A stretch of 63,670 nt of DNA, counting the filler, from Thraustochytrium aureum (lineage: Eukaryota), in NCBI GenBank assembly GCA_012862495.1. It is 5 parts of one record of this genome, joined end to end, with 100 filler letters (N's around TTAATTAATTAA, not from the genome) between each part and the next. Parts side by side here need not be neighbours in the genome. Positions count along the whole stretch, not along the records: positions 1 to 16,222 come from BLSG01000122.1; positions 16,323 to 24,042 come from BLSG01000122.1; 3 more parts are not named here. One strand, written 5' to 3'. The position numbers and the translations under genes are program-made. The notes beneath the pieces are model-generated. The model worked only from the letters and a program-made list of their open reading frames with translations, searched no databases and was not told the origin of the DNA. This document shows, piece after piece, positions 11,933-23,296 of the stretch (positions are counted from its first letter, which is position 1; each line of letters opens with the position of its first letter).

Positions 11933-13284
11933 TCAAAACCCGGCGGACTCGGCGTCCAAAGGGCTCGAGAGCGCCCGANNNNNNNNNNNNNNNNNNNNNN
12001 NNNNNNNNNNNNNNNNNNNNNNNNNNNNNNNNNNNNNNNNNNNNNNNNNNNNNNNNNNNNNNNNNNNNNNNNNNNNNNNNNNNNNNNNNNNNNNNNNNNN
12101 NNNNNNNNNNNNNNNNNNNNNNNNNNNNNNNNCTCGGTGAGGACGGGCGAGCCGTCGCGCGCGACGGCCGTGAGAACCATAACATTTTGCCCCACTTCAC
12201 GGAGCGTCACGATCGCGCCGCGCAGAAAAGACTCCTCCGACTCAACAGCCAGCGTGCCATCCGCCTGCGGGTGGTACCACATAGACTGCTTCGTGCTGAC
12301 GTTGTCCTCGCTTGTGATGTGGAGCTGCTCGGACCAGCAGGACTGCCCCGGAACGAACACGAGGCGCGCACTGCAGACATGCCCGGCGCCCGTGGGCCGG
12401 TGAAACTTGCCGTCCATGAAGGCTGCGTCGCCCATCCACTTGCCCTCGGCCTTGTGCAGGACGTTGAATCGGCAGCCACGCGCTACGCAGGTGTAAAGCG
12501 ACTGAAAACTGCGGCCACGCGTCTCCTCTTCGAGGCCACCCGCCTCGGCGCGTGTCGAGTCGCCCGCGCCGCCAGACGTGGCCGAATCAAAGTCGGAGGT
12601 CATGCTCACCTTTCGCGCGCGGCGAAACCGTCGCTCGCGCTCTTCGTGGGTGGACGCAACGAAGGCGTTTCCGTTCGCGGCGTATGCGTCGGCAGGCCGA
12701 GCTGACTGGCTCTTGCGGCGCTCGCGCTCGGCGCGCTTGGCCTTGATTCGCTCTGGGACCTCGCAGAAGATGCCGTCGACGCCCTCGGCAAAGGCGAGCG
12801 AGCTTCGCCGCTTGGCTGCGGCTTGGCCGTTTTCTGCGGGGCTCCGCGTGAGCTCGAGGCTCTGCGACGGCGGCACCACGGAGAAGGGGTTGTTCACGTC
12901 CACCGGCGGGTACGACTTGTACTCGTCGCCGCGCGACCAGGTGCCCGTCCACTCGTCGCCCGGCTTGTAGAAGGCGGCGGGGACCTTTTTGTGGCCCTCT
13001 AGCTCTAGCGAGCGCGCCAGGCGGTTGTAGTCGATTCCTGCGTATGGCTGTCTTGGGCTCACCGAGGCGACCAGCCTGACGCCCTTGAGGCTCCGCACCC
13101 CGTAGTCGCCCACCGAGGTTTCGTCGAGCATCTCCTTGCCGTGGTAGGTCAGCGAAAACATCTTGCCCCTCAGCGTGGGCAGCCTTTCCGCGACGCGCGC
13201 CTTGACTTCGGCAACCAGGTCGTGCTTTGCGATCTCCACAGTCGTCTCCTGGCCGCCGTCCGTCACCACGTAAACGAGCCCCAT
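11933..13284 (-). CDS. Ubiquitin-like domain protein (C-terminus interrupted by gap 11979-12132; end uncertain)
   Basis: N-terminus VEIAKHDLVAEVKARVAE...FSLTYHGKEMLDETSVGDYGV fits the Ubl fold. It is followed by a low-complexity linker and a beta-rich C-terminal domain. Confidence 0.7.
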
Positions 13285-13904
13285 CTTGGCACCAGCCAGG
13301 CCAGGTTCGCGCCCACTTTGCACGCGCAGGGCCTTCGCGGCTCCCGCCCCGACCGGCACCTCTTCACGCCTCCTTTCGCACCCAGGCGGCCCTTGGCAAG
13401 CCGTTTCTTGCCGAGCAGGCCCGCCCGGTCGGCACCTCCGAGCGCCTTCCAGCGACGTTTCGCGCCGCGGGCCCCAGGCGAACGCGCCAAAGCCCAGCCG
13501 CAGCCGCCGGGCCACTTCCCGCTGGTGCCTCTTCGCTCTTGCTCGCTTCGCGATCGCGTTCGACGGCGAGTACCGGGCGCTCCTGGTCTCACTTGCGCGT
13601 TGCAGGTCTGCTGCGCCTCCGAACCGAGTCCAAGAAGATCGATCCATTTCGACGCGTGTCCGTCCCCGCCGAGCGGCCCTCGAAGCACCCTCTGGTCGCC
13701 GCAAGGCACCCTCCCGGTTCTAGGAATAACCCGCCCGATGCCTCCTCCCGGCTCGCCTCATCACTAACAACAGCGAAGGCCAATCGTTTTCAGGGTGTGG
13801 GGGGGGAGTAACGCAGGGAGCAGAGAGCTGATCGTTTTCGGGAAAGATCCGTCGAGCACGTGCACGACAGGCTGATGAGGACGGGGGGCAGGGTGTGCTC
13901 CTTC

Positions 13905-14030
13905 GCTCTCTCTCTCTCTCCTTCTCGCCTTCTCCTTCTCCTTCTCTCTCTCCTTCTCCTTCTCCTTCTCCTTCTCTCTCTCTCTCTGTCTCTGTCCCTC
14001 TCTCTCCTTCTCAGTCCCAGTCTCTCTCTC
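13905..14030. repeat. Polypyrimidine (CT)n/(CTTCTC)n tract
   Basis: About 125 nt, almost purely C/T. Confidence 0.9.
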
Positions 14031-14504
14031 CTTTGGACACAAAAGGGCAATGGTGTGCGGACTCGCCTGCCAGAGAGAGGTGGGTTGACTCTGAGGAGGC
14101 TGACGCTTTTCTCTCTCCACCCACCCACTGGCATTTCAGCATGCCAGCAGCGCGTCAGGCACTGAAACCGGCCACCTCCCAGCGCGAGAGAGAGGGGCGC
14201 GGCGCTTCGTTTTCGTTCGTCGCTTGGCACTCTCTCCTGCGTGTGAGAGGCCTGCCTGTGGAGGTGGGCCAATTCGCGTGAGGCGCGGTTGTGAGGCCGG
14301 ACCGGGTTGTGCATTCTCCTTGAGAGGGTCGTGTCACGGAAAAGGAAAAGAGTCGAGCGCAGTACCCACACACACTCGCGTAATCCTCTACAGTGGTCTG
14401 AGGGCACTCTCTGCAAAACAGCCCAGCTCCGCCTCGCGGAAGAAAACCTTCCGTCGATTCCTCGCGAAATCCGGCGGTCGCTCCCACCCAACAGGCCCCA
14501 CAAT

Positions 14505-14551
14505 CGCAATTAAACGCAATTAAACGCAATTAAACACATTTAAACACATTT
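14505..14551. repeat. 10-bp tandem repeat (CGCAATTAAA/CACATTTAAA) running into a gap
   Basis: Directly visible, 4-5 units. Confidence 0.8.
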
Positions 14552-15158
14552 NNNNNNNNNNNNNNNNNNNNNNNNNNNNNNNNNNNNNNNNNNNNNNNNN
14601 NNNNNNNNNNNNNNNNNNNNNNNNNNNNNNNNNNNNNNNNNNNNNNNNNNNNNNNNNNNNNNNNNNNNNNNNNNNNNNNNNNNNNNNNNNNNNNNNNNNN
14701 NNNNNNNNNNNNNNNNNNNNNNNNNNNNNNNNNNNNNNNNNNNNNNNNNNNNNNNNNNNNNNNNNNNNNNNNNNNNNNNNNNNNNNNNNNNNNNNNNNNN
14801 NNNNNNNNNNNNNNNNNNNNNNNNNNNNNNNNNNNNNNNNNNNNNNNNNNNNNNNNNNNNNNNNNNNNNNNNNNNNNNNNNNNNNNNNNNNNNNNNNNNN
14901 NNNNNNNNNNNNNNNNNNNNNNNNNNNNNNNNNNNNNNNNNNNNNNNNNNNNNNNNNNNNNNNNNNNNNNNNNNNNNNNNNNNNNNNNNNNNNNNNNNNN
15001 NNNNNNNNNNNNNNNNNNNNNNNNNNNNNNNNNGGAGGCCGAACCGGCGGGCCGCTGGACGCCGGCCGCGCCAACGGGGGCCGAGGCCGGACGAGTCGGC
15101 TGACCGAAGAGGTGCGCCGCGCGCGATCGCAACGGCTGTACCGCGCCACCACGCGTAG

Positions 15159-15792
15159 GCTGTCGGCAAAACATGGTAAGTGGCTGGGTTGTTTTGGGTT
15201 GTCGGCGTCGCACACCACCTTGAGCCGCGCAGCATGCTGACCGGCTCCCGCGACTCGCCGCAGCCTCCTCATCTCGTACACGACGAACGCGTTCCCAGGC
15301 GAGTACATCCCCACGGTGTTTGACAACTATTCCGCCAACGTGATGGTGGATGGCAAGCCGATCAACCTCGGCCTTTGGGATACCGCCGGCCAGGAGGACT
15401 ATGACCGCTTGCGCCCGCTGAGCTACCCGCAAACGGACGTGTTCCTTATTTGCTTCTCCATCATCAGCCCATCGAGTTTCGAGAACGTGCGCAGCAAGTG
15501 GCGCCCCGAGATCCAGCACCACGCCACCAACGTCCCCTTCATCCTGGTCGGCACCAAGCTCGACTTGCGGGACGACCCCGACACCATCAACCGCCTCAGC
15601 TCGACCGGCCAGGCACCCATCTCGGAGCAGCAGGGCGGCATGCTCGCCCGCGAGATCGGCGCGTACAAGTACCTCGAGTGCTCGGCCCTCACGCAGAGCG
15701 GGCTCAAGCTTGTGTTTGACGAGGCCATCCGTTGCGTGCTGGTCAGCCAGACCACAAAACCGAAGAAGAACGACAAGTGCATGCTGCTGTGA
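15159..15792 (+). CDS. RAC1: Rac/Rho-family small GTPase (first exon in gap; micro-exon 15159-15175; intron 15176-15263)
   Basis: Spliced sequence [32 protein letters not shown], plus [29 protein letters not shown] and CaaX CMLL. Confidence 0.95.
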
Positions 15793-15879
15793 TAAGGTGA
15801 TACGGTGAAGAAAAAAGGGAACAAAAGAGCTTTTTGAGCGCCGATCGCGCCTTTTCTACCCGCGTGACTCGCATGCATT

Positions 15880-16222
15880 TCACTTGAGCGCGCCGTCCGC
15901 TACCGGCGACCTCGGCCGGCCCGCCGGCGGCGGCGAGCTGGGCCTCGTCGGGGTCGTGGTCATCGACCTGCGCCGGTCCGCCGCCTTGGCGTGCGCCGCC
16001 GCTTTGCTCTGCGCGTCCAGGGCGTTCTCAGCTGCGGCTTTGATCGACTTGCGGAGCTGGTCCATCTCCTCCTCTTCGCTGGGCTCCGCTGCGACCTCGA
16101 GCCTGAGGAGGCTGACTCCGTTCGGGCCGAGCCCACCCCTTTTGGAGCTCAACCTTTGCTTCGTTTTGCGACTCAGTTTCGCAAACCGGAGCACCTTGGA
16201 CCCGCCGCCAGCGCGTCGCTCT
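15880..16222 (-). CDS. Hypothetical protein, 3' fragment
   Basis: Open frame from the linker edge to a stop at 15880, with helical/low-complexity composition. Confidence 0.4.
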
Positions 16223-16322
16223 NNNNNNNNNNNNNNNNNNNNNNNNNNNNNNNNNNNNNNNNNNNNTTAATTAATTAANNNNNNNNNNNNNNNNNNNNNN
16301 NNNNNNNNNNNNNNNNNNNNNN
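16223..16322. other. Artificial scaffold-joining linker (N44-TTAATTAATTAA-N44)
   Basis: Six-frame stop cassette embedded in Ns, with identical layout at four sites. Confidence 0.95.
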
Positions 16323-16492
16323 CGTGCCCTTGCCCTCGTGCGTCCGCGCCTCCGCCCCTCTGCGCGTCCGTGCGTCTGCGTGTCCGCGTCTGGGCGTGCT
16401 GGCGCGCGTCCGTGCGAGTGCGTGAACGGAAAAGGCCTCCGCTCGTCCAAGCACCCGTGCCAGCCAGGCCCGCCCTCGCGACCAAAGCAGCG

Positions 16493-16500
16493 CCTGCTTG

Positions 16501-16536
<36 letters not shown>

Positions 16537-16606
16537 CGCAGCGTCCTGCTCGAGCGGCTGGCGTGCCTGCGGGCGGGCGCTCTGCCTGCCTGCCTGCCTG
16601 CCTGCC
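16493..16606. repeat. (GCCT)n microsatellite blocks
   Basis: Two runs of CCTG repeats. Similar runs occur at ~21343-21378 and elsewhere near gene 5' ends. Confidence 0.9.
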
Positions 16607-16980
16607 TCTGCGCTTGCGTTTTGGTGCGTTGCTTTTTTTTGCACTCTTTTGTTTTTTGTTGTTGTTGCTTTTCGCACTGTTGTTTTGTGTCGTGGTTTTT
16701 TAGGTGTTTTTAGGTTTTATTTGGTTTTTTTGGTTCAAGACTCCATCGCGTCAGGCGGCAAGTGGCGTTTGCTTCGATCAGGGAAGGAACTTGAAGGACG
16801 ACCCGCGACAATCTCATCCCGCCTGTGCGAGAGGCGCGTTGAGATTGTTTGTGGCATGTACTTTGATGCATTGTACTTACTGCGTCATGTTGTTTGTGTA
16901 TTTGGCGGTTCGAGTCTTGCCCTTCGTGGGTTGGAGGGCCTCCGAGTCGCTTGCTTTGATCAAGAACAACTCCAACGCTC

Positions 16981-18219
16981 TCACCCCGCGACAGAGGGAA
17001 GGAGGACTCTGCAGACAAAACGATGAGAGGCGCGCCACTGCACCTCCGAGTCGCAAGGGCTTTGCGCTGGCCGAGTGACGAGCGATGCACCACCTTGTTG
17101 TGCTGTCCTCCTTCGTGCGTGCATGGGTGGGATTTCGCAGGAGGTATTTTCGCTCGTGTGAGGCGGGATGGGAAGAAGGGCTTGGGGGCGAGAGGCCCGC
17201 CAGTGGGGTGGGAAATTCACTCGGAATACATGCACGCCGCGCATTTGCAGCGCTGCCCTCCTGCCAGAGGTGCGCAGGTGACGCGTCAAGGCTCGAGTCC
17301 TTGGGACTCTGCGTGCATTCTGCATGAGAAACGGAAGTTGCATTTCGTTCTGGAGCCACCGCCGCCCTGCGTCAAGGAGCACGAGGTTGGGGGCGACCGT
17401 CGCCGTGATGGCAGTGACGACGTCCAAGTTGCTCATGTGCACACTTGACTCATCACCAGAATCAGCGACCTCGATGAGGTACTTACTCACTTGGGTGTGT
17501 CTCTTGGTGGGTGTTTTGAGGAGCTGCTCCTTGAGCAGCTTCGTCGCCTTCGTCGCCTCCTCCCATTTTCTGCAGCGCATTGGTACTCGACGGCGGTCTT
17601 GGGATGACATGACCTGGGCCAAGCTCTTGCTTGCGCATTTGTACACCTTCTCCGCGCCAACGCGAATGCGACTCCATTGAGCGCGCCTTGAACTTGAACA
17701 ACTCGAAACGAGCGTGACAGCCCTGTCTTCCAATGCCGCGACTGTGTCCAGATCGTTTTCGCCGAACATCTTCCTGCGTATATCTCAAACACGTCTTGCA
17801 TCATGTCAAGGGCAGGGCCCGCGAAGCCAAGCTCGTGCAAACGCATCGCCTTCGCGGAGCGTCTCACGATCGTCCTCGCCGAGTTTTTCGAGCAGAATTT
17901 GCTCGCCACGCGTTGCCATGTCAAGACCCTCATCAACGAACCCGTGGACCCTGAGCAGCTCAGCAACGCAGCCCATGGCAATTAATTGCAAGCTTGGTTG
18001 TGTCGCCTTCGCTCTTGCGCTGTTCGTCGATCGCGGACTTGGCCACACTACGCAGCCATGAACGCAACTCGAGCAAAATGCGGAGGAGGCGAGGCGCTTG
18101 AAGGAGGAACGCACTACTCCTCTAATTAGTAGCACGGCCTGCGTTTTCCAACTCGGGGCCCGCTGGCGCAGGTCGAGTCGCACCTCCTTACTCGGGGCGC
18201 TCGGAGCTTGGCAATTTCG
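16981..18219 (-). pseudogene. Kinesin-light-chain-type TPR repeat protein, multiply frameshifted (pseudogene or sequencing errors)
   Basis: ~42-aa repeats spread over three frames: AELLRVHGFVDEGLDMATRGEQILLEKLGEDDRETL / AMRLHELGFAGPALDMMQDVFEIY / KMFGENDLDTVAALEDRA. Confidence 0.5.
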
Positions 18220-18695
18220 NNNNNNNNNNNNNNNNNNNNNNNNNNNNNNNNNNNNNNNNNNNNNNNNNNNNNNNNNNNNNNNNNNNNNNNNNNNNNNNNN
18301 NNNNNNNNNNNNNNNNNNNNNNNNNNNNNNNNNNNNNNNNNNNNNNNNNNNNNNNNNNNNNNNNNNNNNNNNNNNNNNNNNNNNNNNNNNNNNNNNNNNN
18401 NNNNNNNNNNNNNNNNNNNNNNNNNNNNNNNNNNNNNNNNNNNNNNNNNNNNNNNNNNNNNNNNNNNNNNNNNNNNNNNNNNNNNNNNNNNNNNNNNNNN
18501 NNNNNNNNNNNNNNNNNNNNNNNNNNNNNNNNNNNNNNNNNNNNNNNNNNNNNNNNNNNNNNNNNNNNNNNNNNNNNNNNNNNNNNNNNNNNNNNNNNNN
18601 NNNNNNNNNNNNNNNNNNNNNNNNNNNNNNNNNNNNNNNNNNNNNNNNNNNNNNNNNNNNNNNNNNNNNNNNNNNNNNNNNNNNNNNNNNNNNNN

Positions 18696-21195
18696 GCGCA
18701 TAGCCCCTGACCCCGAACCAAGCCGCGTAGGTGAAGCAGACCGCCCAGCTGCCGTACCAGCTGCCGTTTGGCCGCTGCTTGGAGACGATAAAGTCCGCGC
18801 CAAGCGCAGCAGAGCGCAGCGCGCGCTGGGAAAGCGCGCTCTGCGGGTAGCGGTGCGCAAACTCGCAGAGCGCTTGCACCGCCGCCGAGGTGCACTCGAC
18901 GTACGAGTAGTCTATCATGATATCGCCAAACACCTGCGCCGGGTTGAGCAGCTCGTACCACTCGTACCCGCGGTTGAGCTCGTAGGAAGCCCATCCATTA
19001 TCGGTTGTCGTGTTTTGCAGCTCGAGGATGATCACGATCGCGTCTTCAAGGCGCTCCTGCGAGATGTGGTGCAGGTTGGCGTCGTTCTTAAAGTCGGGGA
19101 AGGTGGAGAGGAGGATGGCGGCCTTGACGCCCTCCGCAGTGCAGTCCGAAATGGGCCAGCCGTGGTCGCGCGTGCTGAACGGCCAGCCGCCCTTGGAGTT
19201 GTCGCGGAAAAACAGGTCCTGCTTGATGACGTCCTCGCGGACTTGCATGTCGTCCACAAACTTTGAGCACTGCACGAGGCTGGCGTAGATGCGCTCTCGG
19301 TCGCCTTGACGCACACCAGCTTGCGCTTTCTGCGCCTTGGAGGCCACCACGGCGTTGGCGACCGCGTGGGTGGCAAAGCACGTGTCCCAGAACATCGACC
19401 CGTTGTAGCCCTGCATCTTGAGCCCGTCCTCGGCGAGCCACAGGTAATCGTCAATGCGGCCCACGTGACGCTTGAAGGCGTCCGAGTCGGCCCCCCACCG
19501 CGCAAAGGTCGCCACGATGTGAAACGCTTTGCTGACCGGCCCAATGTCCACCCAGTTGGTGTGGATGTCCTCTGCGTGGATGTAGTCGAACGCAAAGTCC
19601 AGCGCGCGCCGCCGCAGTGCAGACAGCGGGACGTGGAACAAGGCTCGCACCAGCGGGCTCTCGATCGTGTGGTGCAGGACGTGGTTGGCCACCGTCATCA
19701 GCGTGCTCTGCGGGTTGTACAGGTCGGTGTCGGCGATGCATTCGCGCACAGAGAAGGCGCCCCAGTCGACCTGGTCGTACTTTGTGGCATAGAGCTCCTC
19801 TCGCAGCCCCAGCACGACAGGGTCGCTCTCCGCGCGAGGGAACACGTAGCGGGCCCCAAACAATGCGGACATGGGCAGGTAGACCATGCGACAGTGGCAC
19901 CACATGCGCCCGGGATGAAAGGGAAACCAGTAGGGGAGCAACCAGAGCTCTGGCGGGGTCGGGTTGACTCCGCTCCACTCGTAGGCGCCGAGTGTGGCGA
20001 GCCAGAACTTGGCCCACTGCGGCGCGGCCACGACACCGCCCTTGCTGCGGATAAAGTCGCGGCCGCGAACCGCGCGCGGGTCGTCGCGCTTGAGGCCCAG
20101 CAAGCGAGCGGCGCTATAGTTGAGCGCGGACCCAAACACTGTCGAGTGCCCCTCGATGTGCATGCCCCACCCTCCGTCGCAGGCCTGCTGGTGTGCCATG
20201 ATGTACCGCAGCATGGCCGCCTTGCGGGCGGCGCCGAGGTCGACGTCGCTGACGTGGCAGGCGATCACCAAGCCGGGGAGAAGGAACATGGGGCCGCCGT
20301 AGTCGCCGGGCCAAAATCCGCCCTCCGTCTGCAGCCTCGAGTAGAATACCGACCCGCGGATCGCGGCGGTGGCGGCCTTGTCGCGTCGCTTGCGAGGGGT
20401 CCACGCTCGACATTTCGGCTTCGNNNNNNNNNNNNNNNNNNNNNNNNNNNNNNNNNNNNNNNNNNNNNNNNNNNNNNNNNNNNNNNNNNNNNNNNNNNNN
20501 NNNNNNNNNNNNNNNNNNNNNNNNNNNNNNNNNNNNNNNNNNNNNNNNNNNNNNNNNNNNNNNNNNNNNNNNNNNNNNNNNNNNNNNNNNNNNNNNNNNN
20601 NNNNNNNNNNNNNNNNNNNNNNNNNNNNNNNNNNNNNNNNNNNNNNNNNNNNNNNNNNNNNNNNNNNNNNNNNNNNNNNNNNNNNNNNNNNNNNNNNNNN
20701 NNNNNNNNNNNNNNNNNNNNNNNNNNNNNNNNNNNNNNNNNNNNNNNNNNNNNNNNNNNNNNNNNNNNNNNNNNNNNNNNNNNNNNNNNNNNNNNNNNNN
20801 NNNNNNNNNNNNNNNNNNNNNNNNNNNNNNNNNNNNNNNNNNNNNNNNNNNNNNNNNNNNNNNNNNNNNNNNNNNNNNNNNNNNNNNNNNNNNNNNNNNN
20901 NNNNNNNNNNNNNNNNNNNNNNNNNNNNNNNNNNNNNNNNNNNNNNNNNNNNNNNNNNNNNNNNNNNNNNNNNNNNNNNNNNNNNNNNNNNNNNNNNNNN
21001 NNNNNNNNNNNNNNNNNNNNNNNNNNNNNNNNNNNNNNNNNNNNNNNNNNNNNNNNNNNNNNNNNNNNNNNNNNNNNNNNNNNNNNNNNNNNNNNNNNNN
21101 NNNNNNNNNNNNNNNNNNNNNNNNNTTTTTGCTGAGAGGAACGAGGAGATTGCGCCATTGCCTCGACCCACTTGAATTCCTGTTGGCACAATCAT
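18696..21195 (-). CDS. CAS1: Oxidosqualene cyclase with cycloartenol-synthase signature (both ends in gaps; start tentative)
   Basis: GFWPGDYGGPMFLLPG, MWCHCRMVYLPMS, MQGYNGS, RDHGWPISDCTAE, QRPNGSWYGSWAVCFTY. Confidence 0.93.
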
Positions 21196-21343
21196 TTTCC
21201 TGTCGATCGCGCAATCGGCACCCGCTGTTTGGTACGGTCCGCAGAAGCGCGGGCCGGCGCGCGAAGAGTACGAGACCGCGCGGCGCGGCGCGCCCTGCAT
21301 CGCTCGTGCGTGTTTGCGCCAAATGTGATGGCTGGCCAAGCAG

Positions 21344-21379
<36 letters not shown>

Positions 21380-21976
21380 AGGCGCTCTGCTGGGGGCCTC
21401 AAATTCTCTCCGTGGCTTCCTCAGGCCGACCGACCGGTCCGTCCGCAGGCGACTTGCTCTGCTGATCTGGAAGCGCGGCTGCTCTAGCTGCGCCTGCACG
21501 ATCGATCGATCGATCGATCTAACGCTTTCACAATCGCGAGCCTCTCATCAATCTAGAGTTCTCTTTTGCAGCAGCAGCGGGCCGCCCGTTCGCTGCACAG
21601 AGTCCACACGCACGTCAACCGCGCTCGCAGCAGCATCAACCACGCCGCCGTGCGTTGTCGTTGTGGAAGGAAATACCTGCTGCTGCTGCTGCTGCTGCTG
21701 CTGCCCACTTGCAGTCGTCAGTCTCAGCAGTCATCACACAGTCGATCACGCGAGTCGACGGCAGACGAGGAGAGAGGGAGAGCCTCGCTTGGCAGCAGTT
21801 GCGCCAACATCGCTGCGCCTGTGGACGAAGAAGGATTCGCCAACGCCTTGCCCTGCAGTCGCCAGCGGGTCGATCATCTAGCGCCGAGCCACAGCGCAGA
21901 GCGCGATTTGCGCAGAGACAGCGACGGGCGCATTCGTAGAGCGTGCGTGGCGTGCGAGCGAGCAGCCTTCGCAACG

Positions 21977-23143
21977 ATGGGGAGCGCTGCTGTGGACGCG
22001 GTGAAAGCCGCCGCCGTTGGGTTCGTGGGCGCCAGCCACACCCTGTTCGTGTCCAAGGAACACAGGCTCGCGCCAGAGTGGCACCGCATGCCCCTGGCTG
22101 CGCGAGCGGCGGCGCTTAGCAACGAGCAGCTGGCCCGCCCTCGTCGTCGCGCTGGCCAGCCTCCTCGTCCTTGTCGCCTTCTCCGGCTTTGCGTTCATCC
22201 AGTCACAAGCGCCGGGGCCGCCGAGCCGGAGGATGAGCTCAAGATGGAAAAGCGGCTCGGCAAGGGCCCCTCCGGCCCGGTCAAGGCGTTCTCCGTCGCT
22301 ACAAGCGCGACCACTGTTGCTTTCGCTCTCCATCAAGGCGCCACCCGGTACCGCGCCCAGGCAGACCTCGAACAGTGGCCAGAGCACTTTGGCCTGCTTT
22401 GCGGGCTCGGCTCTGTGGCCGTCGCGCAGGTCGCGCTTATCGCCTACCAGTTTGCACGGCGCAACGAGCTCTTCGGGTCTGAAGCGCAGTCCACGATCCA
22501 GGTCCGCCCGGCCCCGTACGAGCGCTCGTTCGTGGGCGACGTGGTGCACCACTTGAGCAACCCCGGCGCGTTTATCTTGATGCTGCCGTACCTGTGCCTG
22601 ACCTGGATGTTCCGGCTGATGCCCGAGAGCTACTACGAGTACGAGGCCCCGGTGAACTGGTGGCACGTGCTGGCCCAGCTCGTGGTCGTCGACTTTTTCA
22701 CGTTCGTGTTCCACGTGACCGAGCACAGCTTGCCCGAGTTTTACAAGGTCTCCCACAAGCCGCACCACAGGTTCGTGTCGCCCCAGTTTTTCAACGCGTT
22801 CGACGGATCCTTGGCGGACACTGTGGCCCTCATCCTGTTTCCGCTGTTTGCAACGGCGCAGCTGCTCCACGTCAGCAACTGGGACTACATTGCGTTTGGG
22901 ACCGTGTACAGCACGCACTTTATGCTCATTCACAGCGAGTTTGTGCACGCCCTCGACCCTGCCCTCGAGTTCTTCTTCGTCAACGTGGCCGAGGACCACC
23001 ACGTGCACCACGCGACGTTCAACAGCAACTTTTCGCACTTCTTCACCATCTATGACAAACTAGCGGGGACATACCGAAGTGGATCCACGTGCCGCGGGTT
23101 TCGGTCCAGCCCGGCGGAGGCGGGACGCGTCAAGACCCTCTGA
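21977..23143 (+). CDS. Fatty acid hydroxylase/sterol desaturase superfamily (ERG3/ERG25-like) membrane di-iron enzyme
   Basis: His boxes HVTEH, HKPHH, IH, HHVHH, the C-terminal NFSHFFTIYDKLAGTY motif, and hydrophobic segments. Confidence 0.88.
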   Translation: MGSAAVDAVKAAAVGFVGASHTLFVSKEHRLAPEWHRMPLAARAAALSNEQLARPRRRAGQPPRPCRLLRLCVHPVTSAGAAEPEDELKMEKRLGKGPSGPVKAFSVATSATTVAFALHQGATRYRAQADLEQWPEHFGLLCGLGSVAVAQVALIAYQFARRNELFGSEAQSTIQVRPAPYERSFVGDVVHHLSNPGAFILMLPYLCLTWMFRLMPESYYEYEAPVNWWHVLAQLVVVDFFTFVFHVTEHSLPEFYKVSHKPHHRFVSPQFFNAFDGSLADTVALILFPLFATAQLLHVSNWDYIAFGTVYSTHFMLIHSEFVHALDPALEFFFVNVAEDHHVHHATFNSNFSHFFTIYDKLAGTYRSGSTCRGFRSSPAEAGRVKTL

Positions 23144-23296
23144 CACTGCCACTCGCCGCCAACTCTGTACCTACTGCAACCACGCAACACGAAAAGAGTA
23201 TTTGCATTTGCCTGGAGCCCATCCCGCGCTGACCAGCGGTAGGCTACGATTTGTACATGCCGACGGCCCTCGTCGCTCGCAGGAGAGGAGAGAGCC

